Below are positions 33,974-37,390 of a stretch of 37,390 nucleotides of DNA, one piece after another. Below the pieces are notes generated by a model that was not told where the DNA came from, searched no databases, and saw only the letters and a program-made list of their open reading frames with translations. Position 1 is the stretch's first letter; each line of letters starts with the position of its first letter. The position numbers and the translations under genes were made by a program. This stretch comes from Nemertoderma westbladi (Eukaryota > Animalia > Xenacoelomorpha): positions 1-37,390 of the forward strand of contig JAUCBJ010006845.1 in assembly GCA_032718475.1 (NCBI GenBank). Reading direction: 5' to 3'.

Positions 33974-35013
33974 GGTACCCCCCCCCCCCCCCCCGTCTCC
34001 CTCTATACTATTAATTATTCTTCCATTAATTATTCCCCCCCAGGTACTTCCTGTCCTGTCTCCCTATATACTATTAATTATTCCTCCCCAGGTACTTCTT
34101 GTCCTGTCTCCCTCCCGCTATACTATTAATTATTCCCCCCTGTCTCCCTCTATACTATTAATTATCCCCCCCCCCCGGCCCCCAGATACTTCCCCCCTGT
34201 CTCCCTCTATACTATTAATTATCCCCCCCCCCAGATACTTCCCCCCTGTCTCCCTCTATACTATTAATTATCCCCCCCCCAGATACTTCCCCCCTGTCTC
34301 CCTCTATACTATTAATTATTTCCCCCATAAATTATTCCCCCAAGGTACTTCCCACCTGTCTCCCTCTATACTACTATTAATTATTCCCCCCAGGTACTTC
34401 CCCCCTGTCTCCCTCCTCTATACATTAATTATTCCCCCCAGGTACTTCCCCCCTGTCTCCCGCCTCTATACATTAATTATTTCCCCAGCTACTTCACCCT
34501 TGTCTCCCTCTATACTATTAATTACCCCCCCCCCCCCATTAATTATTCCCCCCAGGTACTTCCCCCCTGTCTCCCTCCTCTATACATTAATTATTCCCCC
34601 CAGGTACTTCCCCCCTGTCTCCCGCCTCTATACATTAATTATTTCCCCAGCTACTTCACCCTTGTCTCCCTCTCTCCCTCTATACTATTAATTACCCCCC
34701 CCCCCCATTAATTATTCCCCCCAGGTACTTCCCCCCCCCCTGTCTCCATCTATACTGTTAATTATCCCCCTCTGGTACTCCACCCCCCCCCCCCCTGCTC
34801 CCATATATACTACTATTAATATCCCTCCCCAGCTACTTCACCCCTGTCTCCCTCTATATATAGGCCTACTATTAATTATTCCCCCCATTAATTATTCCCC
34901 CCAGAGGTACCCCCCCCCCCTGCTTCCCTATATACTACTATAAATATCCCCCCCGTGCTTCCCCCCTGTATCCCTCTATACTATTAATTATCCCCCCCCA
35001 GGTACCTCCCCCT
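33974..35013 (+). repeat. ~48-bp minisatellite whose unit is the Abl intron/exon-2 junction
   Basis: Unit CTCCCTCTATACTATTAATTAT(T)C(n)AG-GTACTTCCCCCCTGT; the last unit is the true acceptor CAG|GTACCTCCCCCT; related copies at ~29720-29821 and ~30441-30480. Confidence 0.93.
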
Positions 35014-36373
35014 ACCCGGGCGTCCAACTAACCTCCCTGTACGAGCACCTAGAGCAAGGTAAACGGATGAACCACCCCCATGGGTGCCCCGACCTCATCT
35101 ACCAACTGATGCTTCGCTGTTGGACCTGGAAACCGGTAGATCGGCCGAGTTTCAAGGAGATTTACATGGAGTTGAGCGAACTTTACGACGATAACGGGTT
35201 CGGGGTGGAACTGGATCCGATGGACGATTTGTCTGGGTCGAGTTCGAGGGAGGGGTTGAGTACGGATACGGACGATACGTTAGATTCTACTGGGGGGGCT
35301 GGGAGGGACAATGGTGGGAAGGGGAGGGATACCGGTGCTACAGGGAGGGACTCCTTTTGGGCAGGGAGGGATAATGTTGGGACAGGGAAGGACAATGTCG
35401 GGACGGGGAGGGATGTCCCAACCGCTATGGTGGCCCCCCCACCCGGTGTCCTGCAGTCGGTCCCGTTCGTTCAACCCCGGATTCCCCCATAGTGGTGACG
35501 TCACCGCTCCAACGACACAAACTACCGGGCAGTCCGGCGTCGCCGCAGCGCTTCACCGGCTCCGTGCGCCGCAGTCCCTGCGCGCCGCGGAGACCCGTCG
35601 GGGTACGCCCCCAGCGGCCGAATACCCGTCGCTGCGGGGTCGCAGCAACTCTGTGGACGAGGCGATGCGTCTCGACCCCGAGGGCGCCTCCGTTCCGGGT
35701 CCGACTCCGTTCCGATTGCCCCATGGGGACGCCGGCGGTACGCCCCCAGCGGCCGGGCGCTGCACCCCGAATAGGGACGCCCCCCACCGACACAGAAAGG
35801 CGCCGCGGAGAAACCCGCTCGCGGCGTTAAACCCGCGCCCGCTCTCCTCCAAACCGAAACCGCCTGCGAAACCGAGTCCGCCTTCTAGTCAACATCGCAC
35901 CCCCGGCCGCGCGCGGCTCTGCGCGCCCACCGAAACAGCGGCAAAACAGCGCCCCCTTGCTGCAAGTAGACGAACTACCTAACTGCATCCTTCCCGGGAA
36001 AGTCGCAAGTTTAGCGACCGAAGCCGCTCATTGGTCTTCCTTAAAGAGACGCCCCCCTGCGGCGGTGAGAGGAGACAGCCCTTCCGGGAAGGGCGACGTT
36101 CTCAGACTGGTCGACGAACTCCATGGCAACCTGAGTTCGCAGCTCGGTAGGGAGTTGGCAGACTCGATCGCGCGAGTTTTCGCAATATGTTCGAACTTTA
36201 TGGACGGAGAACTTCCGCCCAAAGATAAGTTCGTTTTCCGGGAACATCTGGTCTCGTTGGAGCGAGCATCGGAGTGGTTGAGAGCGCGAAGTACCGCCCA
36301 GTTACAGTCCGACAATCTTAGTTCCCTGAAAAATTCTTTAAAGGAAATCGCTTTAATTGTGCAGAGAGCGTGA
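35002..36373 (+). CDS. ABL: Abl coding exon 2 (kinase C-lobe, Pro-rich region, F-actin-binding domain); two apparent +1 frameshifts (~35435-35455 and ~35831-35980)
   Basis: SPYPG..GCPDLIYQLMLRCWTWKPVDRPSFKEI; APPP/SRSRSF resembles the Abl APxPPKRSSSF motif; C-terminal KFVFREHLVSLE..SLKEIALIVQR matches the Abl FABD (KFAFREAINKLE..SVKEISDIVQR). Confidence 0.9.
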
Positions 36374-37020
36374 ATATAAATCTAGTGATCTCTATATCAG
36401 TGATTTACTCACCCAGTGACTTATCTTACGGTTTACTAACACTCCATACTAATGAATCACCCAGTGCTATTGATTGACACTGTGACTCACTAGTGCTATT
36501 GACAGTCCACCCACCACTGACACTCGGTATCTTTACCTGTTACAATTACACTCCACGGCGGTTTTCCGCTCTACCATTGCTGAACCAATACTAAAAGTGT
36601 AAGTGGTGATTAATGACTGTAATTAATATTAACTAATTGTATTTCCAAAATTTGTGAGTTTCACTTTCAGTTAGTTCAACTGCCAAATCAGTTACAATAT
36701 CGAGTTGTTGAGGTTGAGAATTAGTGGATATTTCAGTTTTGGCACTAGTTCCTTCACCCTAATGGACTACTAGACTTTTATATTTCATAAAATCTATTAC
36801 GTGACTTTTTTATATTTCATACATTTTTTCTTATTATTTAGTTATTTTATACAAAGACACATCGTCGTTGAAGAATTCCAGTTTTATTGCAGTTTAATTA
36901 TCAGCACCATCTGTAATGTACGTAACATAGCAACCGTATCAACTATAAAATAGACTTATAAGTGACTCAGGAAACCGTTTACCTATAAAGTTAACTGCCT
37001 ACTTAACACTAAGTTAACCT

Positions 37021-37390
37021 CAACACCCTACCAACCCCCCCTTAACTCCCTACCAACCCCCCCCTTAACTCCCTACCAACCCCCCCTTAACTCCCTACCA
37101 ATCCCCCCTTAACTCCCTACCAACCCCCCCTTAACTCCCTACCAATCCCCCCCTTAACACTCTATACCAACCCCCCCTTAACTCCCTACCAACCCCCCTT
37201 AACTCCCTACCAACCCCCCCTTAACTCCCTACCAACCCCCCCTTAACACCCTACCAACCCCCCCTTAACACCCTACCAACCCCCCCTTAACACCCTACCA
37301 ACCCCCCCTTAACTCCCTACCAACCCCCCTTAACACCCTACCAACCCCCCCTTAACTCCCTACCAACCCCCCCTTAACTCCCTACCAACC
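37021..37390 (+). repeat. ~22-bp C-rich tandem repeat running off the window end
   Basis: (CCCTACCAAC(n)TTAAC(T/A))n, about 16-17 copies. Confidence 0.95.

Larger units (their letters stand above)
29340..35001 (+). other. 5.66-kb phase-1 GT-AG intron of Abl
   Basis: Splicing TGC G| to |GT ACC TCC CCC TAC restores WELASCGTSPYPGVQL (Abl: WEIATYGMSPYPGIDL). Confidence 0.92.

Noticed and set aside
33939-34691. 250-aa Pro/Ile/Leu-rich ORF
   Set aside because: Translation of the splice-acceptor minisatellite inside the Abl intron.
17410-35013. CRISPR-like arrays
   Set aside because: The tandem repeats lack unique spacers; the context is eukaryotic with no cas genes.
28562-36315. Antisense and alternate-frame ORFs over the Abl exons
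   Set aside because: Expected shadows of GC-rich coding sequence; no motifs.
37021-37390. Telomere
   Set aside because: A right-hand telomere would be G-rich on the + strand; this is C-rich with a 22-bp unit.

Overview
Eukaryotic (animal-like) genomic DNA with many transposon insertions. About 2.0-10.7 kb on the - strand is a decayed Polinton/adintovirus-like element. Its protein-primed DNA polymerase B (with an endonuclease VII-like insert) has one frameshift and one TGA, is split by an apparently intact APE-RT non-LTR retrotransposon inserted in frame, and is joined at its 5' end to an RTE-clade fragment. Overlapping the PolB stop codon is a ~184-codon gene that the ORF track breaks in two at one in-frame TGA. 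It reads as a complete two-repeat TATA-binding-protein (TBP) fold and is followed by an orphan ORF with a TATA+CAGT promoter. This virus-like PolB + TBP-like cassette is the most novel candidate in the window. Host genes are an intronless SNAPC5 (-) and an Abl tyrosine kinase (+; two coding exons, three apparent +1 frameshifts). The Abl 3' splice site has been amplified into a ~1 kb tandem array of decoy acceptors. The rest is nested non-autonomous DNA transposons (several with readable TIRs/TSDs), RTE fragments, G/C-rich minisatellites and many probable TA-site excision footprints. All family calls come from motif recognition by eye; no searches were run.
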